The translations under genes were made by a program, and so were the position numbers. A model generated the notes under the pieces. It saw only the letters and a program-made list of their open reading frames with translations, searched no databases and was not told where the DNA came from. A DNA stretch of 64,000 nt from Lentisphaeria bacterium (GTDB lineage: Bacteria > Verrucomicrobiota > Lentisphaeria > JABSQK01 > JAWLHB01): assembly GCA_041690595.1 (NCBI GenBank), contig JAWLHB010000001.1, positions 62,001 to 126,000 on the forward strand, given 5' to 3'. Positions 39,789 through 48,676 of this stretch are shown in pieces. Positions within the stretch are counted from its first letter, which is position 1, and every line of letters starts with the position of its first letter.

Positions 39789-40793
39789 TCAGAGCTGGAT
39801 GATGCGCTTGGTGTCGAAGGAGTCGCGCGCGGCGATTGCTACCCGGAGGTTGTCCCTGCCTTCAGGGATTGTAGCGAGGCAATCGGCTTTGCCCTCGACG
39901 GCGTCCAGGAATGCTTCGGCTTGCATTTTGAAGAGGAGATCGCCTGGCTGTACGCCGCCGGCATCATGGGTGAAGGGAATCTGTTTCCAGGAGCCGCTGT
40001 CGTTGGTACCGAGCTTCAGCGTGCGGTTCACTCCGTCGAAGAGGAGATTGCCGCGGGTACCGATGACTTCGACAGTGGCGGTGTTGGGCTTCTGGAATTG
40101 GTTGATGTTGATCTGCGCCATGCACCCGCGCGTTGTTCGCAAGGTTAGCAGGATGGTATCTTCCACCTCCACTCCCTCCAGAGCCATGTGATCGTACATG
40201 GCCGCCACTTCGCAAATGGGGCCGAGGAACCACATCGCCAGGTCGATCGGATGGCTGGCGCAATCCAGGATGGCGCCACCGCCCATGTCGCGGCGGGCGT
40301 AATAGATCTCACGATAGTCCGGACGGTAATGCGGATAATCCTGCGAGATGTTGATGTAGCTGAGCTTCACCTCGCCGATTTCTCCCCGCTCGATCGCCTG
40401 ACGAATGTATTGCGTCTCCGGCGCGGCTCGTCGAACATAGCCGATGCGCGCCACAAGGCCGGCGGCAGCCACCTTTGCGCAAAGCTCGTCCACGCCATCC
40501 ATGGCGATCGCCAGCGGCTTCTCGACCAGGAAGGGGAGCTTCGCCGCGGTACAGGCGAGGGCCAAGGGGATGTGCGCACTGGCTGGAGCCGCGATGACCG
40601 CCGCGTCCAGTTCGGCCAGTGGCGCGTCCTCGAGCCGCCGGTATCCCGTCTGGATACCATATTCCTCCTGAGCCTGATGACGCCGGTCATCATCCGGCTC
40701 CACAATGCTCAATTGGGCACGCTTCGTGGCCTGGAAGCCACGAATGTGCCGTTTGCCGATGCCGCCGCTGCCGACGATGAGGATGCGGTGCAT
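39789..40793 (-). CDS. Gfo/Idh/MocA family oxidoreductase
   Basis: 'ILIVGSGGIGKRH', 'EKPLA', 'GGGAILDCASHPID'; start at MHRIL (40793), directly after the upstream stop. Confidence 0.9.
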   Translation of the reverse strand: MHRILIVGSGGIGKRHIRGFQATKRAQLSIVEPDDDRRHQAQEEYGIQTGYRRLEDAPLAELDAAVIAAPASAHIPLALACTAAKLPFLVEKPLAIAMDGVDELCAKVAAAGLVARIGYVRRAAPETQYIRQAIERGEIGEVKLSYINISQDYPHYRPDYREIYYARRDMGGGAILDCASHPIDLAMWFLGPICEVAAMYDHMALEGVEVEDTILLTLRTTRGCMAQININQFQKPNTATVEVIGTRGNLLFDGVNRTLKLGTNDSGSWKQIPFTHDAGGVQPGDLLFKMQAEAFLDAVEGKADCLATIPEGRDNLRVAIAARDSFDTKRIIQL

Positions 40794-40794
40794 C

Positions 40795-42039
40795 TCAGCC
40801 TCCGTAGATTTCGGACATGTCGATGGTACGGCGCTCGCGGCGCGCCAGTTCGGCGGCAAAAACGATACTGTGCGTCCGCAGCGACTCATGAACATCGGAG
40901 ACAACCAGCGACGGATCGTTGCTGTGCATGGCCCGCAGCCAACTGAGGATGACGCGCGAATCTCCCCCGCCGTGCCCGCCGGACTCCTCGCCCAGTTCGA
41001 TGGTCTCGACATTGTTGGTGGCGAATTCGCGGATCTCGATCCGCCCCTCGTCGAAGGACGCTTCGGCCTTGGTGCCATGGAGGCGGACCTTACGTCCCCC
41101 GCGTTGCGTAAAGGCGGTCATGGTAAAGGTGGCGGTGATCTCCTGCTCGAACTCCATGATGACCACCTGATGATCGACCACGTCGTTGTCCGTTTTCCAG
41201 ACGCACTTGCCGTAGGGGCCATCAACGATGGCGGCGTAGTGAGCCTCCTGGCTGTGATCGGGTGAGACGACCGCGGCGGGCCAGCCTTCGCGATTGGCAT
41301 GCACGTAATGCCGAATGGCGGAGTAGGGGCACTCCGGCTCGATGGCGCAGGCAACGCAACGCTCGCCGCTGCCTTCCGGCGCATTATCGCGGCGGAAAAA
41401 GGTCAGGGCACCGAAGGAGCTGACGCTGCGGCACGGCTGCCCAAGAAGATAGGCAATGTAGTCGATGTCGTGACAGCTCTTGGCCAGCAGCATGAAGGTG
41501 GAGCGCGATTCGTTGCCCCAGTTGCCGCGCACAAAGCTGTGTGCCTGATGCCACCATGCCACCTGCTCGAGCTGATCGAGGCTGATCAGACGACCCAGCC
41601 TGCCGCTCGCGGCTATCTCCTTGAGCTTGGCAAATCCTTTGTGATAGCGCAGCGAATGGCAGACGCAGGTGATGGTGCCGTTTCGCTCCTGAGCCTGTGC
41701 AATGGCGCGGCAATCCTCGAGCGTCACCGCCATCGGTTTCTCCAGCAACATGTGATAGCCGAGGTCGCTGCACCGAACCGCCGGCTCCACATGGTCACGA
41801 TCCATGGTGGCCACGACCACCGCGTCGCAGATCTTGCCGCGCGCAACGAACGCCTGCCAGTTCTCGAAAACCATCTCTGGGGCGAGGTTGAACTCCCGGG
41901 CCATGCGCTCACGATAGGCGGGGCGGGGTTCCGCCACCGCCACCACTTTTGCCATGTGCGGAAGATTATTAAGGTTGGTGGCAAAGCCGGCGCCGCGGCC
42001 GCCTGCGCCCAGAATGGCGATTTCAAGTGGTCTGTTCAT
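40795..42039 (-). CDS. Gfo/Idh/MocA family oxidoreductase
   Basis: 'ILGAGGRG', 'LLEKPMA', 'HSFVRGNW', 'LLAKSCHDID', 'GHGGGD'. Confidence 0.9.
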   Translation of the reverse strand: MNRPLEIAILGAGGRGAGFATNLNNLPHMAKVVAVAEPRPAYRERMAREFNLAPEMVFENWQAFVARGKICDAVVVATMDRDHVEPAVRCSDLGYHMLLEKPMAVTLEDCRAIAQAQERNGTITCVCHSLRYHKGFAKLKEIAASGRLGRLISLDQLEQVAWWHQAHSFVRGNWGNESRSTFMLLAKSCHDIDYIAYLLGQPCRSVSSFGALTFFRRDNAPEGSGERCVACAIEPECPYSAIRHYVHANREGWPAAVVSPDHSQEAHYAAIVDGPYGKCVWKTDNDVVDHQVVIMEFEQEITATFTMTAFTQRGGRKVRLHGTKAEASFDEGRIEIREFATNNVETIELGEESGGHGGGDSRVILSWLRAMHSNDPSLVVSDVHESLRTHSIVFAAELARRERRTIDMSEIYGG

Positions 42040-42072
42040 GATGATCGTCTTTCCTCGATGGGCCAACCTGTG

Positions 42073-43368
42073 TCAGCCGATTCCGCATTGTTTGAGATGT
42101 TGCAGCCCGGCGTCGCGTGCTGCTTCGAGCCCCGGCGCCAGGGGGCCGGGCTGTCCGTACTCTGGAAAACTGGTTGGCTCATAGCCGCCTTCCGCCAGCA
42201 TGTCGCTGGTGACGAGGTACATGCCTTCGCCATTTGCGTAGCCTGCCGGAAAGGTGATGCCGTCATCGAAAGCGGCCTCGACCGCATGGGCATGCGGAGA
42301 GAGCGGTTCCCCTTCCATGGCAACGATGCGCAGCCCTTCGCCCAGTTGAATGCCCTGCATCAGGATGCCGATGCGGTCGGGCAATGCCCCCCATTTCAGG
42401 CGATCGAGTTGCCGCCGTGCCCACGCCTGACGGCCGTCCCCAAGGGCCTCGATGGCCAGCAACTCCTCCTGTCCAAGTGGCGCCAGAGGCCAGTGACTTT
42501 CTATGAGGGCCGTGCGCAATCTTGGGGTGATCTCCTTCAACTCCCGCAACAGCGGCTTCACTTCACTTGCCAGGATCTCGGCGATCTGCCGGGCGTGCGT
42601 CTCGTTGGAGGCCCATAGCCATTCGTCGCGACCTTCACCAAGTGTCCGGGGACGGGAATCGCCCGCCGCGCCCTGCAGGAAGATGGCGCAGGGTGTCCCG
42701 AGATATTCATCGAGCAGGGTGCAGGCAAGGCCGGGATAGTCGGCGGAAACACCGGTGCCGCGAACCGCAACGGGATGCGTGCTGATCAGGAAGAGCAGGC
42801 AGACTGGAGTGCCGTTGGCATCTTCCAGCAGGCAGAGCGGCAGCTTGTCGTGGGTCGATCCGGAAGGGTGGGGCGCATTGACGAAGGTACCGTCCCGGGG
42901 CCGGCGTCGGTTCATCGGCAGGCTGGTGGTGCCGCAGGCAGCTCTTACCTTGACCGGACGGCGTTGCGACCAGGCGGCCTCCGCGGCGGTCGTGACCCGC
43001 TCTTCCACCAGGCGCAGCCAATCCCGCGGCGCGGGACGCGTCTCGAGATCGAGGTAAGCATCGTAGGCGGGGCCGGCATGGGAATGGGTCGAGGCGCAGA
43101 GAATTTGCGCCGGCCGCAAGCCGAGGCGTCGCCCGAGTGAGGCCTTGAGCGCCTCGCTCTCCTGCCGACCGACGAAGCAGGTGTCGAAGGTGAGCAGCAG
43201 TGCGGCTTCGTCTCCTTGCGAAAGGGCGAGAATGCGGACGTGGACAGGATCGATCACGTTCTCGCTGAGCCGTTCCCAAGCGGGGCCGCAGCCCACCAGT
43301 GGTATGCCCACCGGCGGCGTGAGGTCGGCCCGGGCGAAGCCGGCTGACAATTCTGGGGGCGTGGACAT
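42073..43368 (-). CDS. Neutral/alkaline ceramidase N-terminal-domain-like hydrolase
   Basis: 'AGFARADLTP', 'STHSHAGP', 'STHPV', 'SADYPG', 'LQGAAGD', 'GYANG', 'EGGYE'; RBS AGGAG. Confidence 0.75.
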   Translation of the reverse strand: MSTPPELSAGFARADLTPPVGIPLVGCGPAWERLSENVIDPVHVRILALSQGDEAALLLTFDTCFVGRQESEALKASLGRRLGLRPAQILCASTHSHAGPAYDAYLDLETRPAPRDWLRLVEERVTTAAEAAWSQRRPVKVRAACGTTSLPMNRRRPRDGTFVNAPHPSGSTHDKLPLCLLEDANGTPVCLLFLISTHPVAVRGTGVSADYPGLACTLLDEYLGTPCAIFLQGAAGDSRPRTLGEGRDEWLWASNETHARQIAEILASEVKPLLRELKEITPRLRTALIESHWPLAPLGQEELLAIEALGDGRQAWARRQLDRLKWGALPDRIGILMQGIQLGEGLRIVAMEGEPLSPHAHAVEAAFDDGITFPAGYANGEGMYLVTSDMLAEGGYEPTSFPEYGQPGPLAPGLEAARDAGLQHLKQCGIG

Positions 43369-43434
43369 GGGGGGACTCCTCTGCCTGGTCCGTGCGAATA
43401 GGGTGCTCCGCCGCGGGCACATCTCAATGTGGGG

Positions 43435-43465
43435 TTGACTTCTGCACGCGAAGGTCAAATATAAT
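43435..43465 (+). promoter_or_regulatory. Possible sigma70 promoter for the oppD/oppF-like genes
   Basis: TTGACT-19 bp-TATAAT; the spacer is longer than optimal. Confidence 0.35.
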
Positions 43466-43498
43466 GCTCGCGCCCTACCGCACAAGAAGAGGAACGAG

Positions 43499-44488
43499 AT
43501 GCTTTCGAAAAAGCTGCTAGACATCGACAACCTGCATGTTCGCTTCGGCGGTCGCCGTCGCCGGGTTCATGCCGTCAACGGCGTATCGCTACAGGTGAAT
43601 GCAGGGGAAGCGATCGGGGTGGTGGGGGAGAGCGGCTGCGGCAAGAGCACCCTGGCGCTCGCCGTCCTGGGGCTGCTGGACAAACGGCTGACGACGATCG
43701 AAGGGAGCGTTCGTTTCGGCGATCAGGAGCTGATTGGACAGCCGAATCGCATTCTGCGCACCATTCGCGGGCGTCGAATCGCCATGATCTTTCAGGACCC
43801 GATGACCAGCCTCAATCCTTACCTGCGCATCGGCACCCAACTCACCGAACAGATCCGCGAGCACCTGCATCTTTCCGCGGATGAGGCTACGGACCGGGCC
43901 GTGGCGGCGCTTCGTGAGGTGGGCATTCCCGATCCGGCCGATCGGCTGAGCGCCTATCCTCATGAATTCAGTGGTGGCATGCGGCAGCGGGTGATGATCG
44001 CCATGGCCATGTCCTGTGAACCTGAATTGCTGATTGCCGATGAGCCGACGACGGCGCTGGATGTGACCATCCAGGCCCAGATTCTTGCGGTGATCGAGCG
44101 CCAGTTGGCGCAACGCCGCATGGGCATGCTGCTGATCACGCACGATCTGGGGATAGTCGCCGGGGCCTGTCAACGGGTGGCGGTGATGTATGCCGGCCAG
44201 GTCGTGGAGGAAGCCCTGGCGGAGGATCTTTTCGCCCGTCCCTCGCATCCCTATACCCGGGCTCTGCTTCGGGCAGTGCCGCGTGTGGATCGGCAACAGG
44301 AAAGCCTGAGCACCATCGGCGGCAGTCCGCCAGCGCTTGTCGCGCCGCCAACCCGCTGCGCCTTTGCACCCCGCTGCCCGCACTGCACGATCGCGTGCCT
44401 CGAATCGCCGACGCCGCTGCGTGCCGATTCGCGCGGTCGCCGGCACCGTTGCCTGGAAGAGCTGCCCTTCAGCGGTGAGGTCGAATAG
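43499..44488 (+). CDS. oppD: Oligopeptide/dipeptide ABC transporter ATP-binding subunit (OppD/DppD-like)
   Basis: [36 protein letters not shown]-terminal Cys cluster CAFAPRC. Confidence 0.88.
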   Translation: MLSKKLLDIDNLHVRFGGRRRRVHAVNGVSLQVNAGEAIGVVGESGCGKSTLALAVLGLLDKRLTTIEGSVRFGDQELIGQPNRILRTIRGRRIAMIFQDPMTSLNPYLRIGTQLTEQIREHLHLSADEATDRAVAALREVGIPDPADRLSAYPHEFSGGMRQRVMIAMAMSCEPELLIADEPTTALDVTIQAQILAVIERQLAQRRMGMLLITHDLGIVAGACQRVAVMYAGQVVEEALAEDLFARPSHPYTRALLRAVPRVDRQQESLSTIGGSPPALVAPPTRCAFAPRCPHCTIACLESPTPLRADSRGRRHRCLEELPFSGEVE

Positions 44489-45484
44489 ATGACGGAGCCC
44501 ATTCTTTCGATCCGGGAGCTTCAGGTGCACTTTCCGCGAATCAGCGGCATCGTCATCCGTCGGGAGCGTGGCCGCATCCGGGCGGTCAACGGCGTCTCAC
44601 TCGACCTGCGCGAAGGCGAGATCATCGGGTTGGTGGGCGAAAGTGGTTGCGGCAAAAGCACTCTCGCCCGGGGAATCCTTCAGTTGGTGCGGCCCACCGG
44701 CGGCGAGGTCTGGTACAAGGAGCAGAACTTGCTGCAATTGCGAGGTGAAGCACTGCGGCGCGTCCGGCAGGATCTGCAGATCGTCTTTCAGGATCCCTAC
44801 GCCAGTCTGAACCCCCGCATGCGTGCCGGCGACATCGTGGCCGAGCCGCTGCGCAACTACGGGCTTGCGAAGGGGCGTGCCGCGCAGGATATTGCCGCCG
44901 GGCTCCTGGAGCGGGTTGGCCTCAGCGCCGAATGGCTCACGGGCTATCCGCATGAGTTTTCGGGCGGGCAGCGTCAGCGCATCGCCATTGCCCGCGCGCT
45001 TGCTCTCGAACCTCGTATTCTCTTCTGTGACGAGCCGGTCAGTGCGCTTGACGTCTCCATACAGGCGCAGGTGATCAATCTCATCCGCCAGCTTCAGCGC
45101 GAGCTTCACCTGACGGTCGTCTTCATCTCGCATGATCTGAGTGTGGTGCGCCATATCTCGGATCGGGTGGCGGTGATGTATCTCGGGCGGATTGTGGAGA
45201 TTGCTCCGGCCGCGGAGCTTTACGCCTCGCCCGGCCACCCTTACACCCTTGCCCTCCTGCAGGCAGTGCCCATTCCCGATCCGCTGCGGGAACGCGCGCG
45301 CAGCAAGGTTCTGCTTCAGGGGGATCCGCCATCTCCCTCCGAAGAGCGTCAGGGATGCGACTTTGCCCCACGCTGTCCTCTCGTCCGCGACCGCTGCCGG
45401 CAAGAGCGTCCTCCGCTGCTGGAGATTGGCGTCGGGCGACACTCCGCCTGTTTCTATCATGATGAAGTGCCGCCGCCAGACTAA
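44489..45484 (+). CDS. oppF: Oligopeptide/dipeptide ABC transporter ATP-binding subunit (OppF/DppF-like)
   Basis: [46 protein letters not shown]. Confidence 0.88.
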   Translation: MTEPILSIRELQVHFPRISGIVIRRERGRIRAVNGVSLDLREGEIIGLVGESGCGKSTLARGILQLVRPTGGEVWYKEQNLLQLRGEALRRVRQDLQIVFQDPYASLNPRMRAGDIVAEPLRNYGLAKGRAAQDIAAGLLERVGLSAEWLTGYPHEFSGGQRQRIAIARALALEPRILFCDEPVSALDVSIQAQVINLIRQLQRELHLTVVFISHDLSVVRHISDRVAVMYLGRIVEIAPAAELYASPGHPYTLALLQAVPIPDPLRERARSKVLLQGDPPSPSEERQGCDFAPRCPLVRDRCRQERPPLLEIGVGRHSACFYHDEVPPPD

Positions 45485-45521
45485 TGGATGGTTGGCATTT
45501 TTCCTGCTAGTCATAGTGGTT

Positions 45522-45857
45522 ATGATTCTCCCATTCAAAACGAAGATACGCTGGTTGAACCTGCAGGTGAGCCAGATACGCCGGAGCAGGTGCGGATGGC
45601 GATTTCGCGATTACTTCAATCGCGAGCTGAAGCGTAACGGGGTGATGAGTCCGTTCCGCGTCTGCACCCGTGTCGCGGTGGCGTTACTCTTTCTCGTCCT
45701 CGCCATCCTGGGCGGTCTGCTGCCTGTCATGCCGGGATTCGCCTTTCTGCTGATTGCGCTGGTCATCATCGCGCCACTCTGGTGTCCGCTGGCCACATTT
45801 CTTGACCGGTGCGAACTCCGCATGCTTCACGTCTGGCGCCGCCTGAGGGGGCATTAG
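45522..45857 (+). CDS. Small membrane protein (PGPGW/DUF454-like helical hairpin); start uncertain
   Basis: Basic N-terminus followed by the TM hairpin 'LAILGGLLPVMPGFAFLLIAL'; fills the gap between convergent genes. Confidence 0.5.
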   Translation: MILPFKTKIRWLNLQVSQIRRSRCGWRFRDYFNRELKRNGVMSPFRVCTRVAVALLFLVLAILGGLLPVMPGFAFLLIALVIIAPLWCPLATFLDRCELRMLHVWRRLRGH

Positions 45858-45862
45858 TCACG

Positions 45863-46732
45863 TCACTTGCGCCGGATCGCTTTGCCCTGGAGACCCTCTC
45901 TGGCATGGTGCAGCTCGAGTTTGCCTTTCGGTTGCCGGCGCAATTCCTCGGGAACCTGGCGGCCGATGGGGCCCCGCCCGATGGACATGCCCCCGTCGAC
46001 GAAGTAGAGCGCACCAGTCACGAAGCTTGCTTCGTCCGAAGCCAGGAAAGCGTAGACGTTGGCTGCTTCTTCGGTAGTCCCATGTCTGCCCATGGGGGTG
46101 CCGTCGATGATATCCTGCTCCATGTCGTCGGTCATCGGACTGACGTCGGTATCGTGCCACTGAGTTGCGATGGGGCCGGGGCAGACGCAATTGGCGCGGA
46201 CGCCATGGCGCGCCTGTTCCAGCGCCACGCTGCGCATGAAGCCATGAATCCAAGCCTTGGCTCCGCCATAGGGGGCACAGCTTGGCTGGCCGAGTTCACC
46301 CGCCTCACTGCCGGTGGAGATCACGCATCCGCCTGTCTGCTGGAGATGCGGCATGGCGAATCTGGTCATCAGAAAGACGGTATGGATGTTGCTCGCGGTC
46401 ATGTAGAGGAAGTCTTCGACGGGGAAATCCGCCACGTCGGCCACCGTCTGAAAGCTCCCGGCACAGTTTACCAGGATGTCGAGCTTGCCGAAGCGATCGA
46501 CGGCCCGCTGCACACACGCTTCGGCGGTGTCGGGCTGCGAGACATCTCCGGGAAAGACTTCGACCTTGGCCCCATGCTGACGCATCTCATCGGATACCGC
46601 GTCAAGGGGATCGTCCGGCAAGCCGTTGAGAAGCACCGCCGCTCCCTCCTTAGCCAGGCGATGCGCCACCGCTTCACCAATTCCAGTTCCTGCCCCAGTC
46701 ACGATTGCTACTTTGCCGGCCAGTTTATTCAT
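45863..46732 (-). CDS. Short-chain dehydrogenase/reductase
   Basis: TGAGTGIG, LDILVNCAG, YGGAK (YxxxK), VRANCVCPG, ASFVTG...VDGG. Confidence 0.93.
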   Translation of the reverse strand: MNKLAGKVAIVTGAGTGIGEAVAHRLAKEGAAVLLNGLPDDPLDAVSDEMRQHGAKVEVFPGDVSQPDTAEACVQRAVDRFGKLDILVNCAGSFQTVADVADFPVEDFLYMTASNIHTVFLMTRFAMPHLQQTGGCVISTGSEAGELGQPSCAPYGGAKAWIHGFMRSVALEQARHGVRANCVCPGPIATQWHDTDVSPMTDDMEQDIIDGTPMGRHGTTEEAANVYAFLASDEASFVTGALYFVDGGMSIGRGPIGRQVPEELRRQPKGKLELHHAREGLQGKAIRRK

Positions 46733-46819
46733 GATGCCAGTTCCTGAGAGGGTTGACGTCCCTCCACTATCATAGCATCAAGGTGAAAGCCGGCCCAAAC
46801 CGTGGGCGTCTGCTCGTCT

Positions 46820-48676
46820 TCATGGTTCGCTTCTGCCGCTGGCCAGGTAGCGCAGGAGCCCCGCAAGCAACGCCGGCCAGCCTTCCGATTCCCAGCAGGG
46901 GGCCGGCTGATCTCCCAGCGGGGCGCCGAGGATCGTCACTACGCGACCTTCGCCGGCCGTTCCAGCCACGGCAACGGGGCGCTCGCCGGCGGTCATCCAG
47001 ATGGTTGATCCGGGGCGCGCGGTGACCTCATGCACCCATGGAACCGTTCCCAGTGCCTGGTGAGTGCCGAGTGCCGACGCGCCCTCTTCGGTCAGGTGAA
47101 GGGGCGGATCCTTAGTAAGCTTGCGAAGGTCGAACAGTCCGCCGATCTGCACCGGCAGGAGGGGCTCGATGGGCGATTCTGCCCACGCGCCGGCGCCGTA
47201 GGCATAGGTTCCGCCCAGCACCAGCAGTCCACCCCCTTTTTGCACAAACTCCGCCAACATCCGCCGCATGTCCGGTGTCAGCGGATCCTGGGGGAAATCG
47301 CTCATGACCACGACGTCGAATCCCAGCAGTTCGTCCATGGTGGCGGGGAACCAACTGACCCGATGGCCGATCCAGTATTTCCATGAATGATCACCCTTTC
47401 GCACGGCCTCGCCTCCCCATGCCTGGCGAACGATTGGCGCTACGCGCCAGGCGTAGCCGAAGAGCCCTTCGAGGAGCAGGACGCGTGGAGCATGGCGCGT
47501 CGGTCGTGCGGCCTGCCAGACTCCCAGGCGATAGTCGGCCAACTCGTCCATGATCTGTTGTTCCCCGGCAAAGGAGGGCAAATCCTGGCGCAAAGCTTCC
47601 AATCGCGGTGCCAGATCCGTGAGGCGGGTTCGCAGATTGGTCACTGCCGGCTCACCCGCGTCGCCCAGTGCAGCAGCGAGATTGTCGAGTTCGCGCACCT
47701 GTTCCTCTGCGTTGAAACTGGTGATGGCGGTCGGCAGCCAGGAGGCATGACGCAGGTGTTCGAGCAGAGCTGGTGCCTGTTGCGTAACGATGGCCTCCGC
47801 ATCCGTGGTTGTCTTGCCGGTGAAATCCCACAGCGCGAAACGGGCACGTCCGGAAGTTACCGCCAGATTCACCTTCACCATGACTGGATAGTCGGTAATC
47901 TTCACCATGGTCTGATCCTCGGGCTCGATGGCGAGTTCGACATCGTCCGGCAGGATGGCCAGAGCACACGGACCGCTGGGGTTGTAGAAGGGTGCTCGTT
48001 CGAGGAGGGTATCCTGGTAGATCTGCCACCACTCTTCGGGAAGGTCCAGCGCAACGTCATTCACCTGCCGGATATCCCTTACGGCCGTGATCATGCGTCG
48101 GTTGAGCACTTCCTGCTTCGCTACAGAGGCGGGGTTGGGTCGATAGCCCTGCGGATAGCAGACAAACTCGATCGCCAGCGCCTTCAGCTCCGGTCTTCCT
48201 TCCCAACGCACCTCCATCAGCAGCTTGTCACTCTCCGCTTCCAGCAGAAAGCGTACCCGGGCATCGACCAGCGGATGCTGCCATGAGAAGGTGATGAGCC
48301 CCTGCTCTCCCGTCTCGTCGATGCTGACCACGACATCCCGATCCTGGATAGTCCGGCCATTGGCGGTGATGCCGAAGAAGGCACTGTGGAACCAGTTGGC
48401 TTCGGTGGGGAGTGGCATGCCGACATGGGAGTTGATCGTTCTCCATGCACCATCCTCGCCGCGCTGCTGCTGGATGCTGGTCTTGAGACCGTACTGCTGC
48501 GTCATGCCCGAAATGCGAAAGAGCCGGCTGCCTGAGCGCCGTTCCGGTTTGTCGGCAGGATGAAAGGTCGAGCCATCGTCGGTGATGGTCACCGGTGCGG
48601 CAAGACCAAGTGCGGCCGTGAGCAGCAGCAGGATGACGATGCGGCAATGCACGGCGGTCTTCCCCTTTGGTTTCAC
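46820..48676 (-). CDS. Secreted hypothetical protein with C-terminal class-I glutamine-amidotransferase-like domain
   Basis: Signal peptide; 'FDVVVMSD...LAEFVQKGGGLLVLGG..AYGAG..SPIEPLLPV'. Confidence 0.65.
   Translation of the reverse strand: MKPKGKTAVHCRIVILLLLTAALGLAAPVTITDDGSTFHPADKPERRSGSRLFRISGMTQQYGLKTSIQQQRGEDGAWRTINSHVGMPLPTEANWFHSAFFGITANGRTIQDRDVVVSIDETGEQGLITFSWQHPLVDARVRFLLEAESDKLLMEVRWEGRPELKALAIEFVCYPQGYRPNPASVAKQEVLNRRMITAVRDIRQVNDVALDLPEEWWQIYQDTLLERAPFYNPSGPCALAILPDDVELAIEPEDQTMVKITDYPVMVKVNLAVTSGRARFALWDFTGKTTTDAEAIVTQQAPALLEHLRHASWLPTAITSFNAEEQVRELDNLAAALGDAGEPAVTNLRTRLTDLAPRLEALRQDLPSFAGEQQIMDELADYRLGVWQAARPTRHAPRVLLLEGLFGYAWRVAPIVRQAWGGEAVRKGDHSWKYWIGHRVSWFPATMDELLGFDVVVMSDFPQDPLTPDMRRMLAEFVQKGGGLLVLGGTYAYGAGAWAESPIEPLLPVQIGGLFDLRKLTKDPPLHLTEEGASALGTHQALGTVPWVHEVTARPGSTIWMTAGERPVAVAGTAGEGRVVTILGAPLGDQPAPCWESEGWPALLAGLLRYLASGRSEP

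Noticed and set aside
4768..43530. Extended 5' ends given by the ORF track (e.g. 5670, 9494, 13117, 19995, 26308, 41078, 43530)
   Set aside because: Most overlap neighbouring genes; downstream ATGs with an RBS, signal peptide or family-typical N-terminus fit better.
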